Shown here piece after piece: positions 1 through 12,948 of a stretch of 64,000 nucleotides of DNA (position 1 is its first letter; every line of letters begins with the position of its first letter). The stretch covers positions 1 through 64,000 of the forward strand of contig NIVC01002932.1 of NCBI GenBank assembly GCA_002269645.1, written 5' to 3'. The DNA is from Macrostomum lignano. Its lineage: Eukaryota. The notes under the pieces are model-generated. The model made no database searches and was not told the origin of the DNA. It was given only the letters and a program-made list of their open reading frames with translations. The position numbers and the translations under genes were made by a program.

Positions 1-596
1 CCAGTCAGTAAACCGTGGCTGGTCAAGGGAATGCCAGGACAAAACCAAGTCAGTAAACCGGTGGCTGGTCAAGGGAATGACAGGACCAAACCAGTCAGTA
101 AACCGGTGGCTGGTCAAAGGGAATGCAGGACCAAACCAGTCAGTAAACCGGTGGCTGGTCAAGGGAATGCAGGACCAAACCAGTCAGTAAACCGGTGGCT
201 GGTCAAGGGAATGACAGGACCAAACAAATCCAGTCAGTAAACCGGTGGCTGGTCAAGGGAATGACAGGACCAAACCAGTCAGTAAACCGGTGGCTTGGTC
301 AAGGGAATGCCAGGACCAAACACGAGTCAGTAAACCGGTGGCTGGTCAAGGAATGGCAGGACCAAACCAGTCAGTAAACGGTGGCTGGTCAAGGGAATGA
401 CAGGACCAAACCAGTCAGTAAACCGGTGGCTGGTCAAGGAATGACAGGACCAAACCAGTCAGTAAACCGGTGGCTGGTCAAGGAATGACAGGACCAAACC
501 AGTCAGTAAACCGGTGGCTGGTCAAGGGAATGACCAGGACCAAACCAGTCAGTAAACCGGTGCTGGTCAAGGGAATGACAGGACCAACCAGTCAGA
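1..596. repeat. ~45-bp minisatellite (CCAGTCAGTAAACCGGTGGCTGGTCAAGGGAATGACAGGACCAAA), ~13 copies with many 1-bp indels
   Basis: Unit read directly from the sequence; the overlapping ORFs are repeat translations. Confidence 0.95.
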
Positions 597-1288
597 CGTA
601 GGTTTTCATGCTCAAAGTTTCGTTAAGCACCCCAATTCTTACACAGGATGGCTTTCCTCTTCCGCCGTCAGTGCCATGCTGTTCAGTCAATCCTAAAGCA
701 GTATTTTTCACCTCACGGTCGATCAGCAGAGTCAGCTGGCAAGACTGGGAGACCTCCGATCGGCTGTCCCTACGTTGCTCTTCTACAGTATGGAGTTCAA
801 CGTCTCATTTTAAGCTGTCTTCTCAACCCTATCCCTCTGTTACCAGAGTCTCCCCCCCCATAATGGAGGTTGCTCGGGCTGCAGCATTCAGCCTTGCCGA
901 GTACTGTGCAATGCTGCAGCAGAAGCAGAGCGAGAGTGTGGGTGGAGGGGAAGATCAATGACTCCCCAAAGGGGTTGAGCCGCAATTTTCCAGTTTGCCA
1001 AGCCAAGTCGCCAACAGTCGCTAAGAAATCAGCAGGTGGTCATGCTCTGGCTGACTCCGGTTTTAAAGAACTCTGTTAGGATCACGAAACTCACAAATGG
1101 TCTCGTTTAAATCAGTGAAGTAAGTCGTACGCTCTCCCACAACCACGATTTGTGTTTACCACAACTGAGCTTGTTATAGCGTCACTGTGAGTAGTGACGA
1201 ATACCCTGCTTGAGCACGGTGTTTGACAAAAGTCTAAGAACCCTGACCCTTGCAGCTGGGCAACTACGTCGTAATATGTAATTGCACC

Positions 1289-1478
1289 CATTCTGTGAAC
1301 TCACCTGAATCTATCCCATTCTGTTGTAAACTCATCTGAATCTATCCCATTCTGTTGTAAACTCACCTGAATCTATCCCATTCTGTTGTAAACTCACCTG
1401 AATCTATCCCATTCTGTTGTAAACTCACCTGAATCTATCCCATTCTGTTGTAAACTCATCTGAATCTATCCCATTCTG
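1289..1478. repeat. 31-bp tandem repeat (TTCTGTTGTAAACTCACCTGAATCTATCCCA), ~6 copies
   Basis: 31-bp periodicity visible. Confidence 0.9.
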
Positions 1479-1940
1479 TGGTGGCTACTGAACTCCTTAC
1501 TGTACTTCTAGCCCGTGTCCGCGAAGCACAAAACTGGAAACCCCAGCGCTCAAGACGGGGCATTTCCTGTACGCAGATCCCGCGCAGACCAGAGTCAAAT
1601 CTCCCATTCATCTTGACGCACACTGGTTTGACGGCACATCCGACCCAACGTGAATAGCCAGTCACGACTCACACTTAGCGAGTACGGTATAAATTCAGAT
1701 AATTCTACGACCAGAAGGAGCTTAAGATACGAGCGATAAAACACGACGAAGATTTCTGTACTTTCAATTCGTTTCTTGAGGGTAAGTTTTTGGATTAAAT
1801 ATCATTCCTTCTCTAGAATTTATCTAAAAGAAGGAACGTAGTCAATCAAAATGCAAGGCGATTTTGTAAAACAAAAAATAGTATTTACCTAGAATAAGAC
1901 ATGTTCTCCTGTGAGACGCACTTCTTGATGCTTGAGTCTT

Positions 1941-2376
1941 CGGTCTCCGGTCTCTGGTCTCTGGTCTCTGGTCTCTGGTCTCTGGTCTCTGGTCTCTGGT
2001 CTCTGGTCTCTGGTCTCTGTTCTCTGGTCTCTGGTCTCTGGTCTCTGGTCTCTGGTCTCTGGTCTCTGGTCTCTGGTCTCTGGTCTCTGGTCTCTGGTCT
2101 CTGTTCTCTGGTCTCTGGTCTCTGGTCTCTGGTCTCTGGTCTCTGGTCTCTGGTCTCTGGTCTCTGGTCTCTGGTCTCTGGTCTCTGGTCTCTGGTCTCT
2201 GGTCTCTGTTCTCTGGTCTCTGGTCTCTGGTCTCTGGTCTCTGGTCTCTGGTCTCTGGTCTCTGGTCTCTGGTCTCTGGTCTCTGGTCTCTGGTCTCTGG
2301 TCTCTGGTCTCTGGTCTCTGGTCTCTGGTCTCTGGTCTCTGGGTCTCCGGTCTCTGATCTCTGGTCTCTGGTCTCC
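1941..2376. repeat. (GGTCTCT)n heptanucleotide microsatellite
   Basis: Near-perfect 7-bp array. Confidence 0.97.
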
Positions 2377-3460
2377 GATTTGATCTGAGGTTCTGGTTGA
2401 GCAGCCAGACCACACGTGCTTACGAGTAGTTTTATGACCCCAAAGGCAGACGGAGCTTCGCCAATCCCTCCTCCCCTCCCAGCGCGTGCGCAAAAATTTG
2501 ACGAAGGCGAATCGCGATTCGCACAGTTGAGTCAAGTTTATTGCGGGAAGGAATGGGAGGAAATAACTGGCACTAAGTTGAGAGTTGAACTCCGTGCAAC
2601 ACGAGGCTGACTTGCCACGCTGGAGGTGCGCCAACCCCAGCCCCCTACCACCCCCTCCCATAAGTTTTCCCCTGCCGAGCGGGGCTTGTTGCGGAGCCTT
2701 GAGCAGCTGTTTGTGCGCCAGCCCATGGGCCATGGAATTTAGACCTATGATCTGGATTGGAAACTATGGAGTATCGAGTGTCCTTGAAACTGGATTTGAT
2801 ATTGCCGTAAAAACCATGGCGTTCTGTACCTTTCATGCTGAACAAGGAACTGCTGTGCATTGGGCCTAGAGTTTAGGGAGTCGATGCCGATCTTGAGTTC
2901 TGAATAACTATAAATTAACCATGGTTTTCTAGACATGGTATCTGGAGTGGAAACTGTCGTGCTGATTCTCTTTAGTACACTATGCGACTCTACGCTAAAA
3001 AGAAATATACATGTAGACTCAGGCGGTAGTTTCTCACTCCAGATCTGCCGTGAAGAATTCCATGGCTGGCTCACTAACGTGAATCGACTTCATTCACGAG
3101 GAGCAACACTAGTCACAACTAGCTAGCTGTGCAGAATGCGTTACAACTCAACTTTTTTTCATTTATGAGCGCACTGAGCTTGGCTTGAGTACCACAGGGC
3201 TTGGACAGGACTGAATTAAGCTGTGCTGTGGCTTCTGCAGTTCAGTTGTAACTGGAGTGGCATGAGAAGCCTCAGAGCTCTAGCCTGTCGAAAATATCTG
3301 GGCTTAATTTTTATCAAAAAAATCTACATGTGGCTGGGTAATTGCACTCAGTGCGTTCTCACGGAAAGTAGCCCTTCAAAACAATGAGATCAGATAAAGT
3401 TGAGTAACTTCGTTTAACCGTTTCTTTCGCCAATTGTCCATCAAGCAGCAGACTGAAGAG

Positions 3461-4444
3461 ATGCAGAAGACAACCGAGGACTCCAAGACAGACGCCGTGG
3501 ACACCAAGGCGGCTCCCGTGGAGATGAGCCAGCTCAATCCGAAGTATCCGAAGATGATGAACGAGTTCGTCTACAAAGACGTCCTCTTCGTGCACTGGAC
3601 CACACGACGCAACATCGAGCTGGTCGAGCAGGAGTTCGAATTCCTGCCCGACGACCTGCTCATCGCGACATTCCCGAAGAGCGGCACCACGCTGATGCAG
3701 GAGCTCGCCTGGCTGCTGCGTCACAACCTGGACTTCGCCGGCGCCAGGGCCAGCCGCGTGTTCGAACGAGTCCCGTTCCTCGAGGAGAATTGGACTTCGC
3801 AGTTTCCCGGCCACCCCGAGGGCTGCTACCCCATGCAGTACCTGCCCGAGATGCCGCGGCCGCGCATTATCAAGACGCACCTGCCCTACCACATCATCGG
3901 GCCGCGCATCGAGGCAGCCCCGGGCCCCGGCTTCAAGACAATCTGCGTCCTGCGCAATCCCAAGGACGTCCTGGTGTCATATTATCACTTCTACAAGGGC
4001 GTCGTGGACTACGGGCCCTGGCCGTGGGATTTCTCCAGCTTCTTCGACATGTGGATGGACGGCTGGATCGTGGCCGGGGACTGGTTCCGCGTGGCCAAGG
4101 CCTGGTGGGCGCAGCGCAACCGGCCGGACCTGCTGCTGGTCAAGTTCGAGGACCTGGTGCGCCGGCCGGCCCTAGAAATTCCCCGGGTGGCCGAATTCCT
4201 GGGCGTTGAAGTCGGTCAGGACGACGTCAAACGGCTGGCCAATGCGCTGAGCTTCGACGCGATGAAGGAAAACCCGGCGACCAACTACAGCGGGGTGCCG
4301 GGCATGCTGGACTCGTTCAGCTTCATGCGCAGCGGCAAGGTGGGAGACTGGAAGCGGTTCTTCACCGTCAGCCAGAGCGAACAGTTCGACCGGATCTACC
4401 AGGCTGAGATGGCCGGCACCGGGCTGGAGCTGGAGTTCGAGTGA
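3461..4444 (+). CDS. Cytosolic sulfotransferase (Sulfotransfer_1 family), intronless
   Basis: 5'-PSB motif TFPKSGTT, catalytic region KTHLP, 3'-PB motif LRNPKDVLVSYYHF, C-terminal FMRSGKVGDWKRFFT. First in-frame ATG is at 3461 (track ORF opens at TTG 3434). Confidence 0.93.
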   Translation: MQKTTEDSKTDAVDTKAAPVEMSQLNPKYPKMMNEFVYKDVLFVHWTTRRNIELVEQEFEFLPDDLLIATFPKSGTTLMQELAWLLRHNLDFAGARASRVFERVPFLEENWTSQFPGHPEGCYPMQYLPEMPRPRIIKTHLPYHIIGPRIEAAPGPGFKTICVLRNPKDVLVSYYHFYKGVVDYGPWPWDFSSFFDMWMDGWIVAGDWFRVAKAWWAQRNRPDLLLVKFEDLVRRPALEIPRVAEFLGVEVGQDDVKRLANALSFDAMKENPATNYSGVPGMLDSFSFMRSGKVGDWKRFFTVSQSEQFDRIYQAEMAGTGLELEFE

Positions 4445-4707
4445 CCTCAGCGAGCTCAATGGACTCTTCATCTTAATGAGCTTTTTGTCATTTTTGCTGG
4501 AACCGCAGCGACTGCTATGTCCGTTCGCCATGTCGTTTGCCTTTTGGCTTCTTTTTTGGAGCATTTACATCAACCTGGATATCTTTAAGCCCACCTCACT
4601 CGGAGGAATCTACCTACTTGACCTCTCAGTTGACCGTCACTTATAATTTCTTGACTTCCTGAATTCTTGAGACCGCACCTTGATTTTCACCGGCACTTTT
4701 AACCCGA

Positions 4708-4935
4708 CAACCTCGGAACCCAGATAAACACCTGGGACCCCAATATACCACCTCGGAACCCAGATAAACACCTGGGACCCCAATATACCACCTCGGAACC
4801 CAGATAAACACCTAGGACCCAAATCTACCACCTCGGAACCCAGATAAACACCTGGGACCCCAATCGACCACCTCGGAACCCAGATAAACACCTAGGACCT
4901 CAATCTACCACATCGGAACCCTGAAAAAACCTAAG
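4708..4935. repeat. 40-bp tandem repeat (CCTCGGAACCCAGATAAACACCTGGGACCCCAATATACCA), ~5-6 copies
   Basis: 40-bp periodicity visible. Confidence 0.9.
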
Positions 4936-5544
4936 AACCTGTATATCATAAACGTTAATCCACGACTACAATACGCTTAAAACTTTACTAGAACAGGACA
5001 GGAGCACCACACAACCTACAATCGATCTCCGTTGTTAAGCCTCGTATTAACCTGAAATGGTCATCATATTCTTACATGTACAATAATTTTGCTCCCCCAT
5101 TCGAGTCACTTACTTCTTCATAGATTTTACATTTCGCAGAAAAATCTCCCCCCCGTGGAGCAAATGTCAGTTTTGGCAGCAGCAGCAGCCAGTGGAACTA
5201 CGAGTAAGAGCCAGTTAAGTTGCATCGCCAAGCCAAGTGCACTTTTAGCACCATCATAAACTTTGCGCAATGACGCGGATGGCTTGACTGACAGCTTCGG
5301 GCAGCAAGGGTTAGTGCACAGTGCAGTCTGGGATGGCCACTGTTGCTCTGCTTCTCTCTAACCCTACCCCCGTGGGGCCCTCCTGCAGTTCCAATTTCAA
5401 GCAAGTTCCAACTAGTTACGTTATAACAAATTAAAGCTGATTGGAGGGGGGGCTAATAGTTCATTTGCTTGGCTAAACAGGTTCGTAAAAGTAAGTGCTT
5501 TTTTCGTCTTTGACAGTTTATTTAGACTTGAACCAGAAATTTAC

Positions 5545-6213
5545 AGTTTTCTTAGAAGCTGATTGCTGCCAAATGGCACTTTGGGGTCTGAGATTTTTCT
5601 TAGAAACTGTTGGATGCCAAATGGCACTTTGGGGTCTGAGAGTTTTCTTAGAAACTTTTGGATGCCAAATGGCACTTTGGGGTCTGAGAGTTTTTTTAGA
5701 AACTGTTGGATGCCAAATAGCACTTTGGGGTCTGAGAGTTTTTTTAGAAACTGTTGGATGTCAAATGGCACTTTGGGTCTGAGAGTTTTCTTAGAAACTG
5801 TTGGATGCTAAATGGCACTTTGGGGTCTGAGAGTTTTCTTAGAAACTGTTGGATGCTAAATGGCACTTTGGGGTCTGAGAGTTTTCTTAGAAACTGTTGG
5901 ATGCCAAATGGCACTTTGGGGTCTGAGAGTTTTCTTAGAAACTGTTGGATGCTAAATGGCACTTTGGGGTCTGAGAGTTTTCTTAGAAACTGTTGGATGC
6001 CAAATGGCACTTTGGGGTCTGAGAGTTTTCTTAGAAACTGTTGGATGCCAAATGGCACTTTGGGGTCTGAGAGTTTTCTTAGAAACTGTTGGATGCCAAA
6101 TGGCACTTTGGGGTCTGAGAGTTTTCTTAGAAACTGTTGGATGTCAAATGGCACTTTGGGGTCTGAGAGTTTTCTTAGAAACTGTTGGATCCAAACGGCA
6201 CTTAGGGTTCTGA
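5545..6213. repeat. 48-bp minisatellite (GAGTTTTCTTAGAAACTGTTGGATGCCAAATGGCACTTTGGGGTCTGA), ~14 copies
   Basis: 48-bp period, seen as a 16-aa period in all overlapping ORFs. Confidence 0.95.
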
Positions 6214-6533
6214 GATTTCCAAAACTGTGATCAAACAAACAAAAAGTAAAAGAAACTTTAAATAAGGCTCAAGCAGGTTTTTTCGCCAACATAACTTCTA
6301 TTTTATTTAGTAGTTGTGCAAAAATATCGCCAATCATGTGTTACGAGTTGGACATACAGTACTGTTTAAAAACAAAAAGTAAACAAAATTTAATTTCGTT
6401 CCCGTTGTGAGCTCCGATTCTGACTGAAAATCAATTTAACACAAGAGGTTGGCGCAAAGAGTTTTCGTTAGATAAAACGAGTTATAAATATAACAAAATT
6501 GCTGCATTATTAATTATACCATTGGTGAAAAGT

Positions 6534-7124
6534 TCAGTTGGACGATGAACTTAGCTCGTTGGGCAGCTGCTGCTGCGGCGGCGGTGGTGGCGGTGGCGGC
6601 GGAGGCGGCGGCGGTGGGGGGTCAGCCGGGGTCAGCAGACTCTCGATGAGGCTGAGGCCAGTCACGCTGCAGCAGCAGTTTGCGGAGGCGGGCAGCGGCA
6701 GACTTGGCGCCATCTCCCAGGCTGCCGCAGGTCCTGGGCGCCACTTCTCCACCACGCTGACGGTGGTGTTGGTCTGGTCCGACCAGCCGCCGATTGCGTA
6801 GATTTCGCCGCGCAACAGCGCTGCGCTGAAGTTGCTCCGCTGGGTGAGCATCTGCGGCATTGGCGACCATTGATTGAGCTCCGGGTCGTAGCGCTCCACG
6901 GTTGCTAGGCGGCTGTTTCCGTTGTTGCCGCCCAGGGCGTAGAGCTGGCCGTCGCAGACGCTGACGGAGACGCCTGAGCGAACGCTCTGCATCGCGGTGG
7001 CGTAGGTCCACTGGTCGGCCAGGGGGTCGTAGCGCTCCACGGAGCTGAAGAACTGATGCCCGTTGAAGCCGCCGCACACGTACAGATGGCCCTGGAGGCC
7101 CGCGCAGCCCGCGTCGCTGCGCAC
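6534..7124 (-). CDS. Kelch-like (BTB-BACK-Kelch) gene, exon 4 (terminal): three Kelch repeats plus poly-Pro tail
   Basis: Acceptor tctcag|GTG; LYVCGG..VERYDP..W, LYALGG..VERYDPELNQW, IYAIGG motifs; TGA stop; phase 0 join to exon 3 (MLQ|VRSDAG). Confidence 0.9.
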   Translation of the reverse strand: MRSDAGCAGLQGHLYVCGGFNGHQFFSSVERYDPLADQWTYATAMQSVRSGVSVSVCDGQLYALGGNNGNSRLATVERYDPELNQWSPMPQMLTQRSNFSAALLRGEIYAIGGWSDQTNTTVSVVEKWRPGPAAAWEMAPSLPLPASANCCCSVTGLSLIESLLTPADPPPPPPPPPPPPPPPQQQLPNELSSSSN

Positions 7125-7252
7125 CTGAGATCGGGCGCGTTCAGGTTGCCATGGTGATTTATTGTGCTGGGTTTCCATGGTTGACTTGTGCTGCTTTTTT
7201 AGTCTGTCCAGTTTATACAATTAAGGGGCCGAGTAGGTGCTGGTTAACGCGC

Positions 7253-7613
<361 letters not shown>

Positions 7614-7665
7614 TCAGGATTTCCGATGAATTAGTTCACCGTACCCAGACCCTGGACAGCCTCAC

Positions 7666-8031
7666 CTGCAGCATATTGGCGATCATCTTCCAGCGGTTGG
7701 CAGTCGGGCAGTATCGCTCTGCTGTGTTCAGGCGGCCCCGGCCGTTGTGCCCGCCTACAGCGTAGATGAAGCCGTCCAACTCCGCCGCGCTCACGTAGTT
7801 CCTCTGATGGTGCATGTTGGCCCTCGGCTCCCAGCGCTGCCGGCGCAAATCGAACGCTTTAACGCCGGCCGTCGGGCCCTGATAGCCGGTGGCGCGGTTC
7901 TGCACGTAGCCGCCGACAACGTAGACCCGGTGGCCGAGCAGCACACAGCCGGAGTAGGCGTGGCCGCAACCCAGCACCGGGCCGGTCGGCTGGCTGTGCC
8001 TGGCCCAGGCTCGCTCCTGGTAGTTGAATAT
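7666..8031 (-). CDS. Kelch-like gene, exon 3 (Kelch repeats)
   Basis: cag|ATA...CAG|gtgagg, 366 nt. IFNYQERAW..VYVVGG..FDLRRQRW..IYAVGGHNG..AERYCPTANRW. Confidence 0.9.
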
Positions 8032-8288
8032 CTGAGTAGCGGTTCGGTGAGCAGGAGCAGGCTGTGATCAAGAATCTCGAACTCAACAACTTAGTTGAAA
8101 TCATGTCTTGTCTTGTATTGACATTTTTTACAGGTTTGGAAACTCTCCTGCCACACAGGGTTAGCAAATGCATTTCTTTATTTGACAGAGTCGCTGCAGG
8201 AGGTGCTGCTGCTGACACTGCGGGAGTCCCATTGGCGAAGACAGGCGCAGTCTCGGCGTTTCGTCGACTGCCCTCCGGATTCTGTTGG

Positions 8289-9170
8289 TGACGCTGTCTT
8301 ATGCTACAGCCCTACAGTCGTGAGACGCACCCTGTGACGCTGTCTTATGCTACAGCCCTACAGTCGTGAGACGCACCCTGTGACGCTGTCTTATGCTGCA
8401 GCCCTACAGTCGTGAGACGCACCCTGTGACGCTGTCTTATGCTACAGCCCTACAGTCGTGAGACGCACCCTGTGACGCTGTCTTATGCTACAGCCCTACA
8501 GTCGTGAGACGCACCCTGTGACGCTGTCTTATGCTACAGCCCTACAGTCGTGAGACGCACCCTGTGACGCTGTCTTATGCTACAGCCCTACAGTCGTGAG
8601 ACGCACCCTGTGACGCTGTCTTATGCTACAGCCCTACAGTCGTGAGACGCACCCTGTGACGCTGTCTTATGCTACAGCCCTACAGTCGTGAGACGCACCC
8701 TGTGACGCTGTCTTATGCTACAGCCCTACAGTCGTGAGACGCACCCTGTGACGCTGTCTTATGCTACAGCCCTACAGTCGTGAGACGCACCCTGTGACGC
8801 TGTCTTATGCTACAGCCCTACAGTCGTGAGACGCAGCCTGTGACGCTGTCTTATGCTACAGCCCTACAGTCGTGAGACGCAGCCTGTGACGCTGTCTTAT
8901 GCTACAGCCCTACAGTCGTGAGACGCAGCCTGTGACGCTGTCTTATGCTACAGCCCTACATTCGTGAGACGCAGCCTGTGACGCTGTCTTATGCTACAGC
9001 CCTACAGTCGTGAGACGCAGCCTGTGACGCTGTCTTATGCTACAGCCCTACAGTCGTGAGACGCAGCCTGTGACGCTGTCTTATGCTACAGCCCTACAGT
9101 CGTGAGACGCAGCCTGTGACGCTGTCTTATGCTACAGCCCTACAGTCGTGAGACGCACCCTGTGACGCTG
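8289..9170. repeat. 46-bp minisatellite (GACGCTGTCTTATGCTACAGCCCTACAGTCGTGAGACGCACCCTGT), ~19 copies, in Kelch intron 2
   Basis: Direct, nearly invariant copies. Confidence 0.96.
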
Positions 9171-9279
9171 CTTCTGCTCTGTTGCAAAAATGTCTTGCAA
9201 AATTAACAAAAGTGAATTTATTTTGCTTCCTTGAAACCAAACCTGCTTACGATTAGGTTTAATACCTTTCCCTCCTCAC

Positions 9280-9831
9280 CTGGACTGCATCGGACGGGCC
9301 GAAGTTGGGATCATTCTGAAGACCCTCCCAGCCGCCGCACACGAAGATCACCTCGTGCGGCACCCGGGCCTCGTTCGCTTCGGACGACAACGACGAAGAC
9401 GCACCGGCCAGCAGCTCGGCCGCCCGACTGAGGCCGCAGCGCAGCAGCAGCGGCGACCGGTTGAACTCGGCTGCCTGCGCAGGCGTGAGGCGGCCCTGCC
9501 GGACGCAGCGCAGCAGAGCGGCCGGCGTCTCCCTGTCGAGCTCGGCCCCCAGGCGGGCGTCCAGCCAGCGCTGCACAGGGTCCAGCAGGTCCAGCTCCGA
9601 GTCGATGTTCAGCTGGCGATGGCGCAGCAGGCTGACCAGTTCGGCAGCTGGGAGGCGCAGAAATTCCAGCTGGCCAGATGCGGGCAGGAAGTTGGCAGCC
9701 AGCCAGGACTGGACGGCGGCCTGCAGCAGAGGCCAGTCGGACTCCACGGCAGCTCGCCAGTAACTCCAGCAGTTGTCCAGATTCAGCTGGCGCAGCGGCT
9801 CGGACAGGGCCAGATCCAGGATGCCGAAGGC
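9280..9831 (-). CDS. Kelch-like gene, exon 2 (BACK domain)
   Basis: cag|GCC...CAG|gtgagg, 552 nt. LNLDNCWSYW..FLRLPAAELVSLL..LNIDSELDLLDPVQRWL..CVR..IFVCGG. Confidence 0.88.
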
Positions 9832-10080
9832 CTGCGATTGCCGCAATGGTTGGTTGTCGGTAATTGTCGAAATTTCATTAACTCGAAACTTCACATATTC
9901 ACACTGGTTGAAGCTAAAGGTAAGCGGAAGTGACCATTAGTTAGTTTAGTTAGAGGCAGGGGCTGTGTGCACCCTGGCGCACTTTAAGCGACATTGTTAC
10001 ACAACCGGCGAGAGGCATTGCTGCCCATTCCACCGGACTCCCCTGAGCAGGCACACAGGCGCGCGGATACGTACGCAGTC

Positions 10081-10714
10081 GGACTTTTTGAACTTTAGGA
10101 AGATAAAATAGTTGCAGTTTTGATAGGATCATAATTTTGTAGCTTAAAGCCAACCACCGGGGCATGGGGAATGGGGGTTTTAGGGTGGGGAGAATCTTCC
10201 TGGGGAATGATTTTACGTACCTAAACTTCAATAGAGGCATGGGGGTCTATTGTAGATTAGGTAGATAAATTCGGAGACTAAGGGGGTCCTGGGGGATTGT
10301 AAAACACATGGAAAATTCCTCCATGGAAAAAACACTAATCTAATTTGGCATTCTCGCTCCACTATAACAAACTGAGTGAAGAAAAATTAGAATGCACTCT
10401 TTTTATTGGAGTCAAAATTCTAACCCTCTAAATGTTCTTTTAAAAAGAATTTGTTAAATTGTGGAAAACACTTACCTTTGAAAGTCATGATTCTAAAAAA
10501 GTTTATTTTCAAACATACAATTCTCCGAAACTGCTTGCATCAAATTATCACTAATTACATGGGGATTAAAAAATCGAGCTCCTGTTAACTCTGAAGGTAA
10601 TTTTTTGCTGTTTTTTGCTTTAATATCATTTTGGACAGCCTCTAAGACTCTGGCGAAGTTTCAGAAAAATCGGAAAATCAGAAGTATTTTACGTACCTAA
10701 AGTTCAAGAAGTCC
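10081..10714. mobile_element. Non-autonomous DNA transposon/MITE, 19-bp TIR starting GG, 8-bp TSD (possibly Merlin-like)
   Basis: TIRs GGACTTTTTGAACTTTAGG (10081-10099) and CCTAAAGTTCAAGAAGTCC (10696-10714), 1 mismatch. Perfect flanking direct repeat ACGCAGTC (10073-10080, 10715-10722). Confidence 0.85.
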
Positions 10715-10799
10715 ACGCAGTCATACGCGCAGGCACACACTCACACAGGAGTGTACAGCGGCCCTAACTTTATTTATCGTTAGGCATGTACACTTCACT

Positions 10800-10952
10800 G
10801 TGCCTTGGGGGTTGGCCCTCAGGGCGTTAATTACACGAGCAGAGCCAAGCCGAGATTCCAATTTAGCCCCAAATTAATGTGACTGCCCTTGGAATCGAAC
10901 TTGGACCGCTGACACATCAGAGCGCCGCGCCAGACTACTGGGCTACGGCCCC
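10800..10952 (-). mobile_element. tRNA-derived SINE head (3' extent uncertain)
   Basis: Minus strand GGGGCCGTAGCCCAGTAG (A-box-like) and GTTCGATTCC (B-box) at Pol III spacing, followed by non-tRNA sequence. Confidence 0.55.
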
Positions 10953-11282
10953 TGAAGTAACTAGTTAGTATACACTTTTTGACAATGCTAAACTGAGTTT
11001 ATAAAACTTCAATGTTGAATATGTTTAAATTCGTGAATTTTTGGCAGCATTATTGTTTTTTTGCAGTTGTCAATTGTTAGTTTTCTTTATATTGCTATTT
11101 TTGTTGTTAATGTCATTGTTTTTATCGTTGTTATTGTTGTTACTGTTGTTATTGTTGGTGTAGCTAAGCTTATTTTAAATCAGAAACAAAATTAGAAATG
11201 GGAAATGATAATAAGACAGGAGAGCACTCGATTGTTTTCACTCTGTCTGACCGCTCCTTCAGTAGCGCATCTCAATCCTCAC

Positions 11283-11717
11283 CTGGAAGTGTCGCGCCGC
11301 CCGCACCAGCGCAGCCAGCGCTTCCGGTCCCAGCGGCCGCTGCATCAAGCCGCACTCTTCATCCCGCTGCTGCTCACCGGCCTGGCCTGTGCAGCCGATC
11401 AACCGCAGCACCAGCTGCAGACCCTCGGGCGGGCTGTAGTCAACTCGGACCACGCGTTGCTCCATTGGCGGCGGCTGCACCGCTGGTGCTGAACCGGCCG
11501 CTGCGGTGGCCGCCTCCTCCTCCATTCTGCTGAAGTGCCGGTAGAACCAGCCGGAGTTCTCAGCCAGCAGCATGCCGTTGACGGGGATGCTGAGCTGGCC
11601 AACCTCAATCCGCCAGTCCAGCAGGTGGGCTGGCATGGGCTTGGGCGGCTGGTACTCGGCGACTGCTGCGTCTCCAGCTTGGTCGGTGATGTCGGAGATT
11701 CCACTGAGAGTCTGCAT
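11283..11717 (-). CDS. Kelch-like gene, exon 1 (divergent BTB/POZ domain)
   Basis: ATG at 11717; WRIEVGQLSIPVNGMLLAENSGWFYRHF resembles the BTB signature; ends HFQ|gtgagg in phase 0, matching exon 2. Confidence 0.72.
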
Positions 11718-12948
11718 GGCTCATGAGGGCTTTGCTTGTCCAATGTGCAGTGCGCCAATGGACTCGGGATGTTCAATCATGCTCTTTTCATTTAAAAACG
11801 TATTCTAAGAGCTTCTTGTTCCATAGACATATTTGGGAAGACAAACATTTTTATTTAAATATAAATACGTGTAGAGAGTGCTCTGTTTGATAACAGCAGT
11901 GCTAAATTTAGGCGTGTACATTCTCAGCGATTTTACATTGTATGTGTTTCTCAAGTTCTTCAAGTTCAAGCAAAATGACATTGAGAGTGTAGTGCATGCG
12001 GATGCGCCCTTGTCGGTTGGCTGGGCGCGTTGCACTTTGGGGCTGGCTGGGGGGGGGTTGGCGGGCGTGGCAGGGTCTGGCCGCCGGCCGGGCTTTGTGC
12101 GTGCCCCTCCCCAGCCGTGCCCCTACCCCGTGCTCAGGGCTGGTTGGCTGCGGCCGGGCCAGCTTTGGCGCGGGTGCGGCCCCTCCCCCCTAGGCGGGGT
12201 TTTGATTGGCTGGCCGGCGCGGCCAGTCTATTTTTTTGGGTAGTTTGTTTGTTTTGTTGGGCTTAGCCGGTGGGGCCGTCTGCCCCAGGGTTTGTGTGTT
12301 ATTTATGGTGCGGCTCTGGGTCTTGCCCACTCCCTGTGTGCTTTTTGTGTTTTGGTGTGCTCCGAGATAGCAAGCGCGAGACTTGACTTGAGTAAGAAAC
12401 AGCGACATTAGCTACCTACGATAACAGAGCCCAGTTGAGAAGTCAGTCTTTGAAAAGAGTCTTTGAGAATTGAGAAGAAATTAGAAGCCGCGCTTGAGAC
12501 CTACGAGCCAATCAACAAACGTGCGAACCTGCGCTTGAGACCTACGAGCAATAAACGTACGAACGGCAATTTGGCCACTGGTAAGCCGCCTGCTGCTTGA
12601 GTTCATTAATTCTTTTCTGGGGAGCTTGTTAGGCTGCAGGGGGTTCTTGCCAAAGCTTCATAACGCCGGGAGAGCATTTAGCTTATTGTAGTACTGTACC
12701 GGCTACTCTATATAGTATGTACAACCTACAGTATCGAGACTAAAAGCACTCGAGAGTGTCACCACACCTCAAGCCGCAGCGTGAACTCTGAGTGTCACAA
12801 CACCAGAGGGATCGAACTATTATCGCAGAGCGTCGTCACGCCTGCTCGTATCCATAAAAGTACAGACAGAGCGTCACTACGCCTGTATATTACGTATAAT
12901 ATATATTGTACTCGGGACTGGGCACCCAAACCGACCCGGGTTACAACA

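Noticed and set aside
3434-4444. Bacterial contamination or horizontal transfer explanation for the intronless genes
   Set aside because: Animal-type SULT and DEG/ENaC families, embedded among spliced genes and eukaryotic repeats, with no operon features
12793-12948. TGTCAC...GTTACA segment resembling a solo LTR, and the GC-rich block at 12000-12600
   Set aside because: No matching TSD, PBS or PPT found, so it cannot be classified from the sequence alone
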